Counted from the first letter of the stretch, positions 22,530-33,006 are shown. The stretch is 64,000 bases of DNA from Chloroflexota bacterium (GCA_031400455.1 JANNPX010000025.1:64345-128344); one strand, 5' to 3'. A program made the numbers and translations. The notes: a model not told the origin generated them from the sequence alone.

Positions 22530-22643
22530 ATGAGAGTTCGCGCGTCGATCAAGAAGCGGTGCGAGAAATGCAAGATTATCAAGCGGCACGGCGTGCTGCG
22601 GGTGATCTGCGAAATACCGAAGCACAAGCAGCGGCAGGGGTAA
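22530..22643 (+). CDS. rpmJ: 50S ribosomal protein L36 (zinc-binding C-x2-C-x12-C-x4-H)
   Basis: 37-aa [40 protein letters not shown], absent from the track. Confidence 0.9.
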   Translation: MRVRASIKKRCEKCKIIKRHGVLRVICEIPKHKQRQG

Positions 22644-22647
22644 GAAG

Positions 22648-23031
22648 ATGGCACGTATCGCTGGCGTCGACATCCCGCGGGACAAGCGAGTAGACATCTC
22701 GCTGCGGTACATCTTTGGCATCGGTGGAACCACCGCCTCGCGCATCGTTGCGCAGGCGCAGGTGAACCCGGCGACGAAGGTGCGCGACCTGACGGACGAA
22801 GAGGTAAACCGCATCCGCGAGCTGATCGACAAGGGGCTCACCGTCGAAGGTGACCTACGGCGTGAAGTGCGGCAGAACATCCAGCGGTTGATCGAGATCA
22901 ACTGTTACCGCGGCGTCAGGCACCGCCGCGGACTGCCCGTACGCGGGCAGCGCACGCGCACGAACGCGCGCACGAAGCGAGGCGCGCGTCGCACGGTGGC
23001 GGGCAAGCGCAAGGCAGCCGCGAAGAAGTAG
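22648..23031 (+). CDS. rpsM: 30S ribosomal protein S13
   Basis: [15 protein letters not shown]... Confidence 0.96.
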   Translation: MARIAGVDIPRDKRVDISLRYIFGIGGTTASRIVAQAQVNPATKVRDLTDEEVNRIRELIDKGLTVEGDLRREVRQNIQRLIEINCYRGVRHRRGLPVRGQRTRTNARTKRGARRTVAGKRKAAAKK

Positions 23032-23094
23032 ACAATCGCGCGGGGACCGGCACGGTGTACCGGACTTCGATGACTCGCGCGCAAGAGGAGACGT

Positions 23095-23496
23095 ATGGCC
23101 GAGCGTAAGGCGACAACCAAGAGCAAAGGGCGCAAGCGCGAAAAGAAGTCGGTGCCGCGTGGGCGCGCCTACGTGCAGTCGACGTTCAACAACACGTTGA
23201 TCACGCTGACCGACCCGAACGGCAACGTGCTCTCGTGGGCCAGCGCCGGCCAGTCGGGCTTCAAGGGCTCGCGCAAGAGCACGCCGTACGCCGCGCAAAT
23301 TGCGGCCGAGGGTGCGGCGCGGCGCGCGATGGAGCACGGTCTGCGGCAGGTAGAAGTGTTTGTTAAGGGTCCGGGCGGAGGGCGCGAAGCCGCTATACGC
23401 GCACTCCAGTCCAGTGGCTTGATGGTACTGAGCATTAAAGATGCGACGCCGGTCCCGCACAACGGCTGCCGGCCGCCGAAGCGACGTCGCGTCTAG
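23095..23496 (+). CDS. rpsK: 30S ribosomal protein S11
   Basis: S11 family. Confidence 0.96.
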   Translation: MAERKATTKSKGRKREKKSVPRGRAYVQSTFNNTLITLTDPNGNVLSWASAGQSGFKGSRKSTPYAAQIAAEGAARRAMEHGLRQVEVFVKGPGGGREAAIRALQSSGLMVLSIKDATPVPHNGCRPPKRRRV

Positions 23497-23514
23497 GGCG
23501 GCGGGAGGAAACGA

Positions 23515-24138
23515 ATGGCACGATATACGGGACCCGTCTGCCGCATCTGCCGTCGCTATGGCGACAAGCTGATGCTGAAGGGCGACAAGTGCGTCACGAA
23601 GTGCACGCTGGACAAGCGGCCCGCACCTCCAGGCATGCCGGCGACACGCCGGCGCAAGCTCTCCGATCGCGCGCTTCAGCTGCGCGAGAAGCAGAAGGCG
23701 CGCTACTCATACGGCGTGCTCGAGAAGCAGTTCGTCCGCTACTACAAGGACGCAGTGCGCCGCCCGGGCGTCACCGGCGCGAACCTTGTGCAGTCGCTGG
23801 AGCTGCGGCTCGATAACATCGTGCACCGCATGGGCTTCGCGGACTCGCTGAAGCAGGCGCGGCAGGTCGTGCGCCACGGGCACATCATGCTGAACGGCCG
23901 CAAGACGGACATCCCGTCGGCGACGACGAAGGCTGCCGACGTCATTGGCTGGACGGCGACCAGCAAGAAGACCGAGTACTACAAGACCGCGCACGCGAAC
24001 ATGTCGAGCAAGTCCGCGCCGGCCTGGCTGAACGTCGATGCCGCTCAGATGACGGGCCGCATCGTCGCAGCGCCGGGGATCGCAGAGACGCCGGTGAAGT
24101 TCGACCCGGCCGTGATCGTCGAGTACTACTCACGGTAG
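23515..24138 (+). CDS. rpsD: 30S ribosomal protein S4 (zinc-binding N-terminus)
   Basis: CRICRRYG...CVTKC Cys cluster. Confidence 0.96.
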   Translation: MARYTGPVCRICRRYGDKLMLKGDKCVTKCTLDKRPAPPGMPATRRRKLSDRALQLREKQKARYSYGVLEKQFVRYYKDAVRRPGVTGANLVQSLELRLDNIVHRMGFADSLKQARQVVRHGHIMLNGRKTDIPSATTKAADVIGWTATSKKTEYYKTAHANMSSKSAPAWLNVDAAQMTGRIVAAPGIAETPVKFDPAVIVEYYSR

Positions 24139-24212
24139 CCGCGGTACGAGAGGGAGACGCGCTTGCGCCGGACGCGCTGGATGCGCTCGCTTTTCGCCCA
24201 GGGAGGAACACG

Positions 24213-25316
24213 TTGAACGAACTTGAGCCCGCGCACATCGAGGTAGAGGAAGAAACCGAGACGTACGTGCGCATCGTCGCGGAGCCGCTGAACGCCGGAT
24301 TCGGCACGACGCTGGGCAACGCACTACGGCGCGTGCTGCTCAGCTCGCTGCCGGGCGCCGCCGTTACGTCCGTGCGGATCGAGGAAGTGGAGCACGAGTT
24401 CTCCACGATTCCGCACATGAAGGAAGACACCACGGAGTTCCTTCTGAACATCAAGGAGCTCCGCCTCCGCTCGCTGAGCGACCGGCCCGCGAAGCTCTAC
24501 CTGGAAGCGCAGGGCGAAGGCCCCGTGACCGCGCAGGCCATCCAGGTCACCGCCGACTACGAGATCGTTAACCCGGATCTACAGCTCGCGACGCTGGACG
24601 CGCCGGAAGGCCGCCTGACGGTCGAACTGAACGTTGAGCCCGGTCAGGGATACGCGCCCGCCGGCCAGTCCGATGGGCTGCCGATCGGCGTCATTCCGGT
24701 CGACGCAATCTTCTCGCCAGTGCGGCGCGTGAACTTCCACGTCACGCACACGCGCGTCGGCCAGATGACCAACTACGACAAGCTCACGCTCGAGGTGTGG
24801 ACCGACGGCACGATGACGGGCGTCGACGCGATCAGCCGCAGCGCCGACATCATCGTCGATGAACTGCGGATGTTCACGATGCTCGGCAAGCCGCTGCCGC
24901 CGACCGTGGATCGCGGTCTCGGCGTCGGCACGTCGCTGCCGCCGGACAAGTACAACATGCCGATCGAGGAGCTGAACCTCTCGGTCCGCGCCTACAACTG
25001 CCTCAAGCGCAGCGGGCTGATGACGGTCGGCTCAGTGCTCGAGAAGAGCGAAGACGAGCTGCTCTCGCTCCGTAACTTCGGTCGCAAGTCGTACGACGAA
25101 CTGAAGGACAAGCTGATCGAGCTGGGCCTGCTGCAGCCGTCCGACGACACGGACGAAGGCGCCGGCGGCGTGCCGCTGGGCCGCGCTCCGTCAGGACCTT
25201 CGAGCAGCGAAGACGGCGAGGACCTGAGCCCGCTTGGCGCTGCGCTCATCGAGGCGCTGCGCGAAGCCGGCGAGGATCCGTCCGAGCTGATCAAGCGCAA
25301 GGAGAGGGACGACTAG
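24213..25316 (+). CDS. rpoA: DNA-directed RNA polymerase subunit alpha with acidic C-terminal tail
   Basis: TTG start. NTD and CTD are conserved; ~40 extra acidic residues at the C-terminus. Confidence 0.95.
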   Translation: MNELEPAHIEVEEETETYVRIVAEPLNAGFGTTLGNALRRVLLSSLPGAAVTSVRIEEVEHEFSTIPHMKEDTTEFLLNIKELRLRSLSDRPAKLYLEAQGEGPVTAQAIQVTADYEIVNPDLQLATLDAPEGRLTVELNVEPGQGYAPAGQSDGLPIGVIPVDAIFSPVRRVNFHVTHTRVGQMTNYDKLTLEVWTDGTMTGVDAISRSADIIVDELRMFTMLGKPLPPTVDRGLGVGTSLPPDKYNMPIEELNLSVRAYNCLKRSGLMTVGSVLEKSEDELLSLRNFGRKSYDELKDKLIELGLLQPSDDTDEGAGGVPLGRAPSGPSSSEDGEDLSPLGAALIEALREAGEDPSELIKRKERDD

Positions 25317-25318
25317 CC

Positions 25319-25681
25319 ATGCGCCACAAAGTAAGCGGCCGACGATTTGACCGCGCCGGTGACGAGCGTCAGACGCTCTTCAAGGGCCTCGTGAAGGATC
25401 TCGTCAAGCACGAGCGTATGAAGACGACCGAGGCGAAGGCCAAGGAAGTACGGCCGCTCGTCGAGAAGATGATCACGCTCGGCAAAGATGGCACCGTCCC
25501 CGCGCGGCGGCGGGCGATGGCGTTCCTGAACGACAAGGATCTCGTGAAGAAGCTCTTCGACGATCTCGGACCGCGCTTCGCGGCGCGCCCGGGCGGATAC
25601 ACGCGCATCATCAAGCTCGGCCCGCGTCTCGGCGATGGCGCGCAGATGGCACAGCTCGAACTCGTGGAGCGCGCGGGGTAG
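25319..25681 (+). CDS. rplQ: 50S ribosomal protein L17
   Basis: MRHKVSGRRFDR... Confidence 0.96.
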   Translation: MRHKVSGRRFDRAGDERQTLFKGLVKDLVKHERMKTTEAKAKEVRPLVEKMITLGKDGTVPARRRAMAFLNDKDLVKKLFDDLGPRFAARPGGYTRIIKLGPRLGDGAQMAQLELVERAG

Positions 25682-25685
25682 GGCG

Positions 25686-26489
25686 ATGGACGGCGACGCA
25701 GGCGCCCCGGTCGCCGGGCGACGCATCGCCGTATTGTTGGAGTACGACGGGATCGCGTACAGCGGCTCGCAGTACCAGGAGAACGGTCCCAGCATCCAAT
25801 CGGAGCTGGAATCCGCAATCCGCAAGCTGACATCGGAGGCGGCGCGCGCGGCATTCGCCGGACGCACCGACGCCGGAGTCCATGCGCTCGGCCAGGTGGC
25901 AAGTTTCGAGACGGTATCGAGGCTGACGCCGGCAGAGTTCGTGAGCGGACTGAATCACTTCCTGCCGGGGGACATCGCAGTCCGGACGGCGAAGGAAGTG
26001 GCGCAGGCATTCGACCCGAGGCGGCACGCGCTCGGACGGCAGTACCAGTACCGCATCGATACGCGAGCGGTACGGTCGCCGCTGGAGCGCAACCGGTCGT
26101 GGCACGTGGGGCGTCCGCTGGACGTAGTCGCGATGCAGCGAGCGGCGAGGCTGCTGGAGGGGAAGCACGATTTCGCGGCGTTCGCCGGCTCGTACGACGG
26201 GCTGACTGAGCGGACGTTGCGGCGGTGCGATGTGTCCGCAGCAGGCGGGCACGTCACGGTGGAGATGGAGGCGCAGGCCTTCCTCCCGCACCAGGTGCGC
26301 CGCACGGTGGGACCGCTGGTTGAGCTGGGGCTCGGCCGGATCGACGAGAAGGCGCTGTTGGCGTGGCTCGATGAGGCACGGCCGTCAGTGGCAGGGCCAG
26401 CCGCGCCGGCGCGCGGGTTGTACCTGGTGAGCGTAGCGTACGATGGGCTCGATTTCGGGCTCGAACAGGGTGAAGGACAGAGCGCATGA
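25686..26489 (+). CDS. truA: tRNA pseudouridine(38-40) synthase
   Basis: TruA family with the catalytic Asp in RTDAGVHA; start trimmed to the ATG after the rplQ stop. Confidence 0.88.
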   Translation: MDGDAGAPVAGRRIAVLLEYDGIAYSGSQYQENGPSIQSELESAIRKLTSEAARAAFAGRTDAGVHALGQVASFETVSRLTPAEFVSGLNHFLPGDIAVRTAKEVAQAFDPRRHALGRQYQYRIDTRAVRSPLERNRSWHVGRPLDVVAMQRAARLLEGKHDFAAFAGSYDGLTERTLRRCDVSAAGGHVTVEMEAQAFLPHQVRRTVGPLVELGLGRIDEKALLAWLDEARPSVAGPAAPARGLYLVSVAYDGLDFGLEQGEGQSA

Positions 26490-26920
26490 CGACGTACATA
26501 CTGAGGCCGAAGGACATCGTCGAGCAGTGGCACGTCGTCGACGCGACGGACAAGGCGCTCGGGCGCCTGGCGTCCGAAGTGGCGGCGACGCTGCGCGGCA
26601 AGAACCGCCCGACCTTCACGCCGTCCATGGGCGCCGGCGACTTCGTCATCGTCGTGAACGCGGCGAAGATCAAAGTGACCGGCGATACGGTCGCGAAGAA
26701 GTACTACCGGCACTCGATGTACCCGGGTGGTATGAAGTCGGTGACGCAGGAGAAGCTGCTGGCGACGAAGCCGGAGCGCGTGGTGCAGTTCGCCATCAAG
26801 GGTATGCTGCCGCACAACGCACACGGCGCGAAGCTGCTGAAGCACCTCAAGGTCTACGCGGGCGCTGACCACCCGCACCAGTCGCAGGTGAACGCGGGTA
26901 CGGCCAAGGCGAAGGCCTAA
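26486..26920 (+). CDS. rplM: 50S ribosomal protein L13
   Basis: L13 family; overlaps the truA stop. Confidence 0.96.
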   Translation: MTTYILRPKDIVEQWHVVDATDKALGRLASEVAATLRGKNRPTFTPSMGAGDFVIVVNAAKIKVTGDTVAKKYYRHSMYPGGMKSVTQEKLLATKPERVVQFAIKGMLPHNAHGAKLLKHLKVYAGADHPHQSQVNAGTAKAKA

Positions 26921-26964
26921 CAGGCGGACCCAGACGGGCAAGCGCCCAACGAAGGAATCAGACT

Positions 26965-27366
26965 ATGGCGACAGCAGGCGAGCGATATTTCTACGGCACG
27001 GGACGGCGCAAGACCGCCGTCGCGCGCGTGCGCCTCTACCCGGGCACGGGTGAGATCGTGATCAACGGCAAGGGCTACCTGACCGTCTTCACGCGCGGGT
27101 CGCACCAGGCTGCCGTGCTGGCGCCGCTGAAGGCCACTGCGGCCGAACAGCGCTTCAACGTGCAGGCTAAGGTCGCCGGTGGCGGAATCACGGGCTGGGC
27201 CGGCGCGGTCTCGCACGGCATCGCCCGCGCGCTCGTTGTCTCCGACGAGAGCCTCAAGATTCCGCTGCGCCGCCAGAGCTTGCTGACGCGCGACTCCCGC
27301 ATGAAGGAGCGCAAGAAGGTCGGCCTCAAGCGCGCACGTAAGGCGCCGCAGTACACGAAGCGGTAG
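26965..27366 (+). CDS. rpsI: 30S ribosomal protein S9
   Basis: C-terminal ...RKAPQYTKR. Confidence 0.96.
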   Translation: MATAGERYFYGTGRRKTAVARVRLYPGTGEIVINGKGYLTVFTRGSHQAAVLAPLKATAAEQRFNVQAKVAGGGITGWAGAVSHGIARALVVSDESLKIPLRRQSLLTRDSRMKERKKVGLKRARKAPQYTKR

Positions 27367-27410
27367 CGGGGTCGGTCGGTCAGTCTTTCGGTCTATTGGT
27401 CACTGCACAG

Positions 27411-27449
27411 TTCGAACGCCCGCCAACTTGGCGGGCGCTTTCGTTCGAA
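27411..27449 (+). terminator. long bulged hairpin after rpsI (operon terminator candidate)
   Basis: TTCGAACGCCCGCC-aactt-GGCGGGCG(cTTTC)GTTCGAA. Confidence 0.5.
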
Positions 27450-27561
27450 GCCAGCTTGCCACAAGACCATCTCGCGAAGGGGCCGATTGGCAGTGTGGCG
27501 CACGTCTGTTGAGCGGGTACCATGAACTCAGTGCAGTCTTGCGCGAACAAGGAACGGCATC

Positions 27562-28887
27562 ATGCGCCGGATCGTCATCGTTGTCGTCTCGGTCCTCATG
27601 AGCGTGGTCGCGATTGGAGAGAGCTCTTCGTTTCGGTCGCCAAGCGTCCGCGCTAGTGGTTGGGGCGGCGATATCACGCTCGCGTGTCCAGCATACGTAA
27701 ATCAGGGCTGGAGCTTTGCGTGCACTATTGGCCTCGGCACAATGCCGGACCCGATCACTGGTTACCAATTTTCCCTGATTTACGACAGCCCGATTGGTCC
27801 CTCAGGTACGCCGAGTGGCGCTGGCTTAGCGTTCACGGCAGTCGGGTTCACCAACGATTACATAGCCGCAACGCTCTGGGGCGGTCAGGAGTACTGCCCG
27901 GCTGACGTCTTGAACGCCGCTGACGCGCTGCTCCCAACGGGCTACGTGCGATCAATCCATAGCTGCGTGTCACTGGCGAATCCTGCCCCGGCCGGAGCGA
28001 TCCCGGACTTCGTCCAGTTCAACGTCGTTGCGAACGGCTTGGGTTCTTCCCCGATCCACATGGTGACTCTGTACCCAGGCGGCTGGCCAGTCGGATCGTA
28101 CACGATGGACGGGGCCAGTTCGCCCCACACCAACACCTACATCTGCACAGGCGCCAATTGCACTTCAACGCAGTTCTCGGGGGATAGGAACCTTGCTGAT
28201 CCGATCGTCACGGTGGAAACGGCGCCACCGGCGCTCGTCCTCGCCCTTACTGCCAGTCCAGACACTTATCTCGCAGGGCAACCTGTGTCACTCGCACTCA
28301 GTATGAACGGCGTGTTCGGTCGTCGCGCCCCGACCGACGTAACGGTCACGGCTGCGCTTCCGATGGCATTTCCGACTGAAGATGTCTCGTTGAGCGGCCC
28401 GGGGGCCGCTGACTGCCTGCTCGTTGACCGGATCGTCACATGTGACCTTGGAACTCTTACGCCAGGAAGCGCGTTTGCGCTCAGCATCGACGCTGCCGCT
28501 ACGCAGACGAATTGGTGGCATCGGAACCAGAGTAGCTGCGCCGCCGTCAGCTACCTCGACGCGGGGCTGTATCCGCCGACAGGCGGTACAGCCTGTGCGG
28601 AATTGACGATGATTTGTAGCAGTGATTGGGACTGTGACGGCTATACCGACTTCCAAGAGGCCGATCTGGGGCACGACCCGCTCACCTACTGCGCAACAAT
28701 GCGCGCTGACGTTGACGGAGATCACGTCGTCAGCATCCTCGACCTATCGTATGCCGCGAGGAACTTCGGACAGCTCGTGCCGCCCGCTCCCGCGCGAGCT
28801 GACCAGGATGGGGACAACGCGATCAGCATTCTTGATCTCTCACGCCAGGCTAACGTGTTCAGCCAGAACGTCGCTGGATGTCCATGA
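27562..28887 (+). CDS. secreted protein with DUF11/CARDB-like repeat and two C-terminal dockerin-like Ca-binding repeats
   Basis: Signal peptide MRRIVIVVVSVLMSVVAIG. Motifs DVDGDHVVSILDLSYAARNF and DQDGDNAISILDLSRQANVF. GC noticeably lower than the flanks. Confidence 0.6.
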   Translation: MRRIVIVVVSVLMSVVAIGESSSFRSPSVRASGWGGDITLACPAYVNQGWSFACTIGLGTMPDPITGYQFSLIYDSPIGPSGTPSGAGLAFTAVGFTNDYIAATLWGGQEYCPADVLNAADALLPTGYVRSIHSCVSLANPAPAGAIPDFVQFNVVANGLGSSPIHMVTLYPGGWPVGSYTMDGASSPHTNTYICTGANCTSTQFSGDRNLADPIVTVETAPPALVLALTASPDTYLAGQPVSLALSMNGVFGRRAPTDVTVTAALPMAFPTEDVSLSGPGAADCLLVDRIVTCDLGTLTPGSAFALSIDAAATQTNWWHRNQSSCAAVSYLDAGLYPPTGGTACAELTMICSSDWDCDGYTDFQEADLGHDPLTYCATMRADVDGDHVVSILDLSYAARNFGQLVPPAPARADQDGDNAISILDLSRQANVFSQNVAGCP

Positions 28888-28987
28888 TGAGGTTCATACA
28901 CATACTGCTAGCGGCTCACGCGAATCTTTCGGCGCCGTCAAGACGATAGACCGTCGTGCGGTCGCAACTGAAGGAGCTCAGCGTCAG

Positions 28988-29725
28988 TCACGACGTAGGC
29001 TTCTCCCACAACATCACGTTGAACAGCGGTACGCGGAACCAGTCTTCGAACTGCGGATCTTCGCGCAGCGAATGATCTTCTGGCACGGGCGTCTGGAAGT
29101 AGCGGAGGATGAGGCCGGACGAGAGGAACGCGCGCATGTAGTTCGCGAGCGGGCGGTGCCAGTTGACGATGCGCATGCCGGACCACTCGTAGGTTTGTGG
29201 CCACTCTTCGGCGTAGCGGTCGACTCGATGGTAGAGGCGATTGCCGTCGGCGTCGCGCTGCCATCCTTGCGAGGCAGTCACGAAGTTGAGGTTCGCGACG
29301 ACGAATCGTCCGTCGGGGCGCAGCACGCGCGCCGCTTCGCGAATGGCAGATGCGTAGTCGAAGATATCGACGAGCGTGATGTAGCTGACGGCGAGATCGA
29401 ACGACGCGTCGGCGAACGGCAGTTGTTCCGCGCCGGTGCGGATGTACGTGTCGGATGGTCCGCCGCGATCGCGGGCCGTCTGCACCATCGCCGTGATCGG
29501 GTCGATACCGGTGACGATCGCGCCGCGCTCGGCGAGCATGCGGCAGAAGCGGCCCTCGCCGCAGCCGATGTCGAGTATCCGCTGGCCGCGGACGTCGCCG
29601 CAGAGATCGAGCATCACAGGATCGAGGAGCATCGTGCGGTTGCGGTCGCCGGCGTCCTGAAACGCGATGTAGGCGTCGGCGGAGTGCTCCCACGAGCGGA
29701 TCGTTTCGAGCGTGTCGTCGTCCAT
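28988..29725 (-). CDS. class I SAM-dependent methyltransferase
   Basis: Motif I ILDIGCGEGRF; GGAGG RBS. Confidence 0.8.
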   Translation of the reverse strand: MDDDTLETIRSWEHSADAYIAFQDAGDRNRTMLLDPVMLDLCGDVRGQRILDIGCGEGRFCRMLAERGAIVTGIDPITAMVQTARDRGGPSDTYIRTGAEQLPFADASFDLAVSYITLVDIFDYASAIREAARVLRPDGRFVVANLNFVTASQGWQRDADGNRLYHRVDRYAEEWPQTYEWSGMRIVNWHRPLANYMRAFLSSGLILRYFQTPVPEDHSLREDPQFEDWFRVPLFNVMLWEKPTS

Positions 29726-29761
29726 CGATGCCTCCCCCAGTACGATGCTCGTCAGGCAACA

Positions 29762-29784
29762 GAAAAGCGCCCGCGGAACGGGCG
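29762..29784 (-). terminator. rho-independent terminator of rpsT
   Basis: GCGCCCG-cggaa-CGGGCGC followed on the minus strand by CUUUUCUG. Confidence 0.6.
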
Positions 29785-29807
29785 CCTCACGTTCAGGTGC
29801 GGGCGGA

Positions 29808-30209
29808 CTACTCCTTGGCGGCGGCCTTGGGCTTCGTGGCGCGGGGCTTGGCGGGCGTCTTTGCGACTTTGGCCTTCGCCTTCGGCGGCGCCTTGGCGGT
29901 AGTCTTCTTCGCCTTCTTCGGCTTCACCACTGCGACGGTGCCACCGCCGGCGATGTGGTTCGCGTGCTTCATCAGACGCGATTTGTGGCGCGAGGCGGCG
30001 TTCTTGTGGATGACACGGCGCTTGGCCGCGCGATCGAGGATGCCTTCGGCTGCGCGGATGGCGGCCTGTGCGTCATCGGCGACGCCGGAGGCGATGGCCG
30101 TGCGCGCCGTCTTGACGGCGGTGCGGGCCTCGCTGCGGACGGCTTTGTTTCGCACCCCGGCCGCATCGGCCTGGCGCCAGCGCTTGAGCGCGGATTTCGA
30201 GTGAGCCAA
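29808..30209 (-). CDS. rpsT: 30S ribosomal protein S20 with Lys/Ala/Pro-rich histone-H1-like C-terminal tail
   Basis: TTG start with GGAGG RBS. S20 core (...VIHKNAASRHKSRLMKH...) then KPKKAKKTTAKAPPKAKAKVAKTPAKPRATKPKAAAKE. Confidence 0.85.
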   Translation of the reverse strand: MAHSKSALKRWRQADAAGVRNKAVRSEARTAVKTARTAIASGVADDAQAAIRAAEGILDRAAKRRVIHKNAASRHKSRLMKHANHIAGGGTVAVVKPKKAKKTTAKAPPKAKAKVAKTPAKPRATKPKAAAKE

Positions 30210-30426
30210 CGGTGATACCTCCAGCGTCCGCGCGGGTCATGGGCAACCTGCTGCGGAATCAAATGAACGGGTCATGGTACCGATGAGGAGGGCGTGCGTC
30301 CAGCCGCATCGCACATAACGGCTTCGCTACGGCTCGCACGCTGAATTGTAAGCGCGCGTCGGCCGGTAGTATGATGCGGCAACGCGCCGGAAGCCGCGCG
30401 AGGGCACCCCGAGATACGGAATCGCT

Positions 30427-32067
30427 ATGATGCGGACGTTGAGAGCCCGTTTCGCCGCGGACGAAGGCGAGCCTGCGGTTGGGGCGGGTGGCCCGCCGAC
30501 CCTGGCGATGGCCGCATCGGTGGTCGCGCTTGGCTTTCTCGGCAGCCGGCTGCTCGGGCTGCTGCGGTCGGTCGTGCTGGCACACCAGTTCGGCACCAGT
30601 CCAGACCTCGACGCGTACTTCGTCGCATTCCGCATCCCCGACCTGATCTTCCAGCTTCTTGCCGGCGCGACGCTGGGGAGTGCGTTCATCCCGACGTTCG
30701 CACGGCTCACTGCGGATCAGGGCGAGCGTGAGGGGTGGCGTCTGGCATCCGGCGTGATGAACCTACTCTTCGCTGCCACGCTCTTCTTCGCGATCCTCGG
30801 CGCTCTGCTGGCGCCGCTGCTCGTGCCGCTGACCGCTCCCGGGCTGGGCGATGGCACGGGGCAGGAGGCGCGCCTCACGTCGCTCTCAGTCGACCTGACG
30901 CGGATCATGATGCTGTCGCCGGTGCTCTTCGCGGTCAGCGGCATGTTCATGGGCATCCTCAACGCAAAGCATCACTTCCTCGCGCCCGCCTTCGCGCCGA
31001 TGTTCTACAACGCCGCGATCATCGTCGGTGCGCTGATCTCGAAAGACGTGAAGGTGCTCGCGGTCTGCGTTGTGCTGGGCGCGATGCTGCACCTGGCTGT
31101 GCAGCTGCCCGCGCTGCGGCTCGTCGGCATGCGATGGCAGCCGGTGTGGGACTGGCGCGATAAGGCCGTGCGCGAAGTGGCACGCCTGATGGGGCCGCGC
31201 GTCATCGGCCTGGCGGCGTTCCATCTCAACTTCGTCGTCGCGACGTTCTTCGCATCGACCGTCGGCAGCGGGGCGATCTCGGCGGTCAACTACGCGTGGC
31301 TCATCGTGATGACGCCGCTCGGACTCTTCGGGATGGCCATCTCCACGGCCGTCTTCCCCCGTATGGCCGAGCAGGCGTCACGCGACGAAGGTCAGCTGCG
31401 GGACACGGTCTCGCGGTCGCTGCGGCTGATCCTCTATCTCACCATCCCCGCCAGCGTCGGCCTGGTGATCCTCGCCCGGCCGATTACGGCCTTTCTCTTG
31501 CGGAGCGGATCATTCGACGCCACATCGACGCAACTCGTGGTCTCGGCGCTCGTCTTCTATTCGATCGCGCTCTTCGCCCATGCCGGTATCGAGATCCTGA
31601 GCCGCGGCTACTACGCGCTCAGCGACACGCGGACGCCGGTCGCGTTCGCCGTGATCTCGATGGTGATCAACCTCGTGCTGTCGCTGGTGCTGGTCTGGCC
31701 GTTCGGCATCAAAGGCCTCGCTGCCGCACTGTCCATCGCCACGATCGTCGAGTTCACGCTCCTCATCCGCAACCTCGAGCACCGGCTGGGCGGGTTGGAC
31801 GCGGCGCACCTGATGGCGTCGCTGACTCGGACGATCGTCGCAAGCGTGCTGATGGCGGAGATCGTGCTGCTCTGGCTGGCGCTCCTGCGTCTTGCGGGCA
31901 TCCTCGATCTGGCCAGCAAGCCGCAAGCTGGATTCGCCGTCATCGGCGCGTTGATGCTGGGAGCGTCGAGCTTCTTTTATGGCAGCCGTGCGCTGCGCAG
32001 CGACGAGGCGGAAGTGCTGGTGCAGCGCCTGCCCATCCCTGAACGCTTCCGCGCGTATCTGGGCTGA
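30427..32067 (+). CDS. murJ: lipid II flippase MurJ/MviN
   Basis: Polytopic membrane protein with a MurJ-type N-terminus (FRIPDLIFQLLAGATLGSAFIPTFA); start codon uncertain. Confidence 0.85.
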   Translation: MMRTLRARFAADEGEPAVGAGGPPTLAMAASVVALGFLGSRLLGLLRSVVLAHQFGTSPDLDAYFVAFRIPDLIFQLLAGATLGSAFIPTFARLTADQGEREGWRLASGVMNLLFAATLFFAILGALLAPLLVPLTAPGLGDGTGQEARLTSLSVDLTRIMMLSPVLFAVSGMFMGILNAKHHFLAPAFAPMFYNAAIIVGALISKDVKVLAVCVVLGAMLHLAVQLPALRLVGMRWQPVWDWRDKAVREVARLMGPRVIGLAAFHLNFVVATFFASTVGSGAISAVNYAWLIVMTPLGLFGMAISTAVFPRMAEQASRDEGQLRDTVSRSLRLILYLTIPASVGLVILARPITAFLLRSGSFDATSTQLVVSALVFYSIALFAHAGIEILSRGYYALSDTRTPVAFAVISMVINLVLSLVLVWPFGIKGLAAALSIATIVEFTLLIRNLEHRLGGLDAAHLMASLTRTIVASVLMAEIVLLWLALLRLAGILDLASKPQAGFAVIGALMLGASSFFYGSRALRSDEAEVLVQRLPIPERFRAYLG

Positions 32068-32211
32068 AGCTGAGGCGTAGGCGTTTGCCCGGCTTGTGAG
32101 GCTTCTGACCGGCTCGATATACTGATGCCAGATGGTCACAGGCTTGGCATGTATCGGGTGCGGCCTTGAGGGCCGCACGTTTGTGTCCCCGACACGGGAA
32201 GAGGTCGTTCA

Positions 32212-32577
32212 TTGAGCTTCGTAGACAAATCGCTGGCGTGCCGAGACTGCAAGCAGGCCTTCACGTTCACGGCGGGTGAGCAGGAGTTCTATGCGAACAA
32301 GGGCCTGCAGAACGAGCCGGTCCGCTGCTCGTCTTGCCGCTCGAACCGCAAGACCACGCGCACCAATGAGCCGGAAGAGGGGTACGTGCGCTACGGCGTC
32401 TTCGCCAGCTTCGGCGGCCGCACGCCCCGCCAGATGCATCCGGCCACCTGCGCCGAATGCGGCATGATGACCGAAGTGCCGTTCCAGCCGCGCGGCGACC
32501 GGCCGGTGTACTGCAGCGCCTGCTACTCCAAGGTGCGCCCGCCCGAGACCGAAGGTTCGTCGGAGCGTTTCGGCTAG
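32212..32577 (+). CDS. double zinc-ribbon protein (probable zinc-binding zf-trcl-like domain)
   Basis: CRDCKQAFTFTAGEQEFY...CSSCR and CAECG...CSACY; TTG start. Confidence 0.6.
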   Translation: MSFVDKSLACRDCKQAFTFTAGEQEFYANKGLQNEPVRCSSCRSNRKTTRTNEPEEGYVRYGVFASFGGRTPRQMHPATCAECGMMTEVPFQPRGDRPVYCSACYSKVRPPETEGSSERFG

Positions 32578-32605
32578 CTGCCCACGTCCCAAGTAAGAAG
32601 TCGAA

Positions 32606-32635
32606 GAAGACCTCGAGCAATCGAGGTCTTCTCGT
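32606..32635 (+). terminator. rho-independent terminator
   Basis: Perfect 11-bp stem GAAGACCTCGA-gcaa-TCGAGGTCTTC followed by TCGTT. Confidence 0.6.
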
Positions 32636-33006
32636 TGCCCCGTGCAGGCGGGCCCGCGCCGCGGACGGCGCCGCGGACGGCGCCGGTTGATAGCTGGTCT
32701 GCGCGGCCTTCGGCTCGCGGGAAGAGGATGCTGCGCTTCTCGGTCATGTCCGCATTCGCGAGCCGAAGGCAGCCGTCGCACAGCGGCGATGCGCTGTACG
32801 ACGTGCGGCAGCGGTCGCACAAGTGCACCGTGGAGGCTGCGATCCGCCACGATACGATGCTGTTGCCGGGGTCGTGATAGTCACCCACAGGCTGATTCGC
32901 GGCTAGCTGCCGTGGCCGCGCCCTTCTGCAACTATAACGCGCCTATCGTTACCGGCATATCGCACACCTGTCATATCAGCATTACAAACGCTCATCTTGT
33001 GCGCCT

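Noticed and set aside
27400-27768. 122-aa minus-strand ORF spanning the rpsI terminator hairpin
   Set aside because: It crosses a strong palindrome and the signal-peptide region of the + strand gene. No RBS and low-complexity product.
32574-32888. 104-aa minus-strand ORF with CDRC...CDGC pairs and GC3-rich codons
   Set aside because: It reads straight through the strong terminator hairpin of the convergent zinc-ribbon gene and terminates inside that gene. There is no RBS. It is kept only as a remote possibility (decayed gene).
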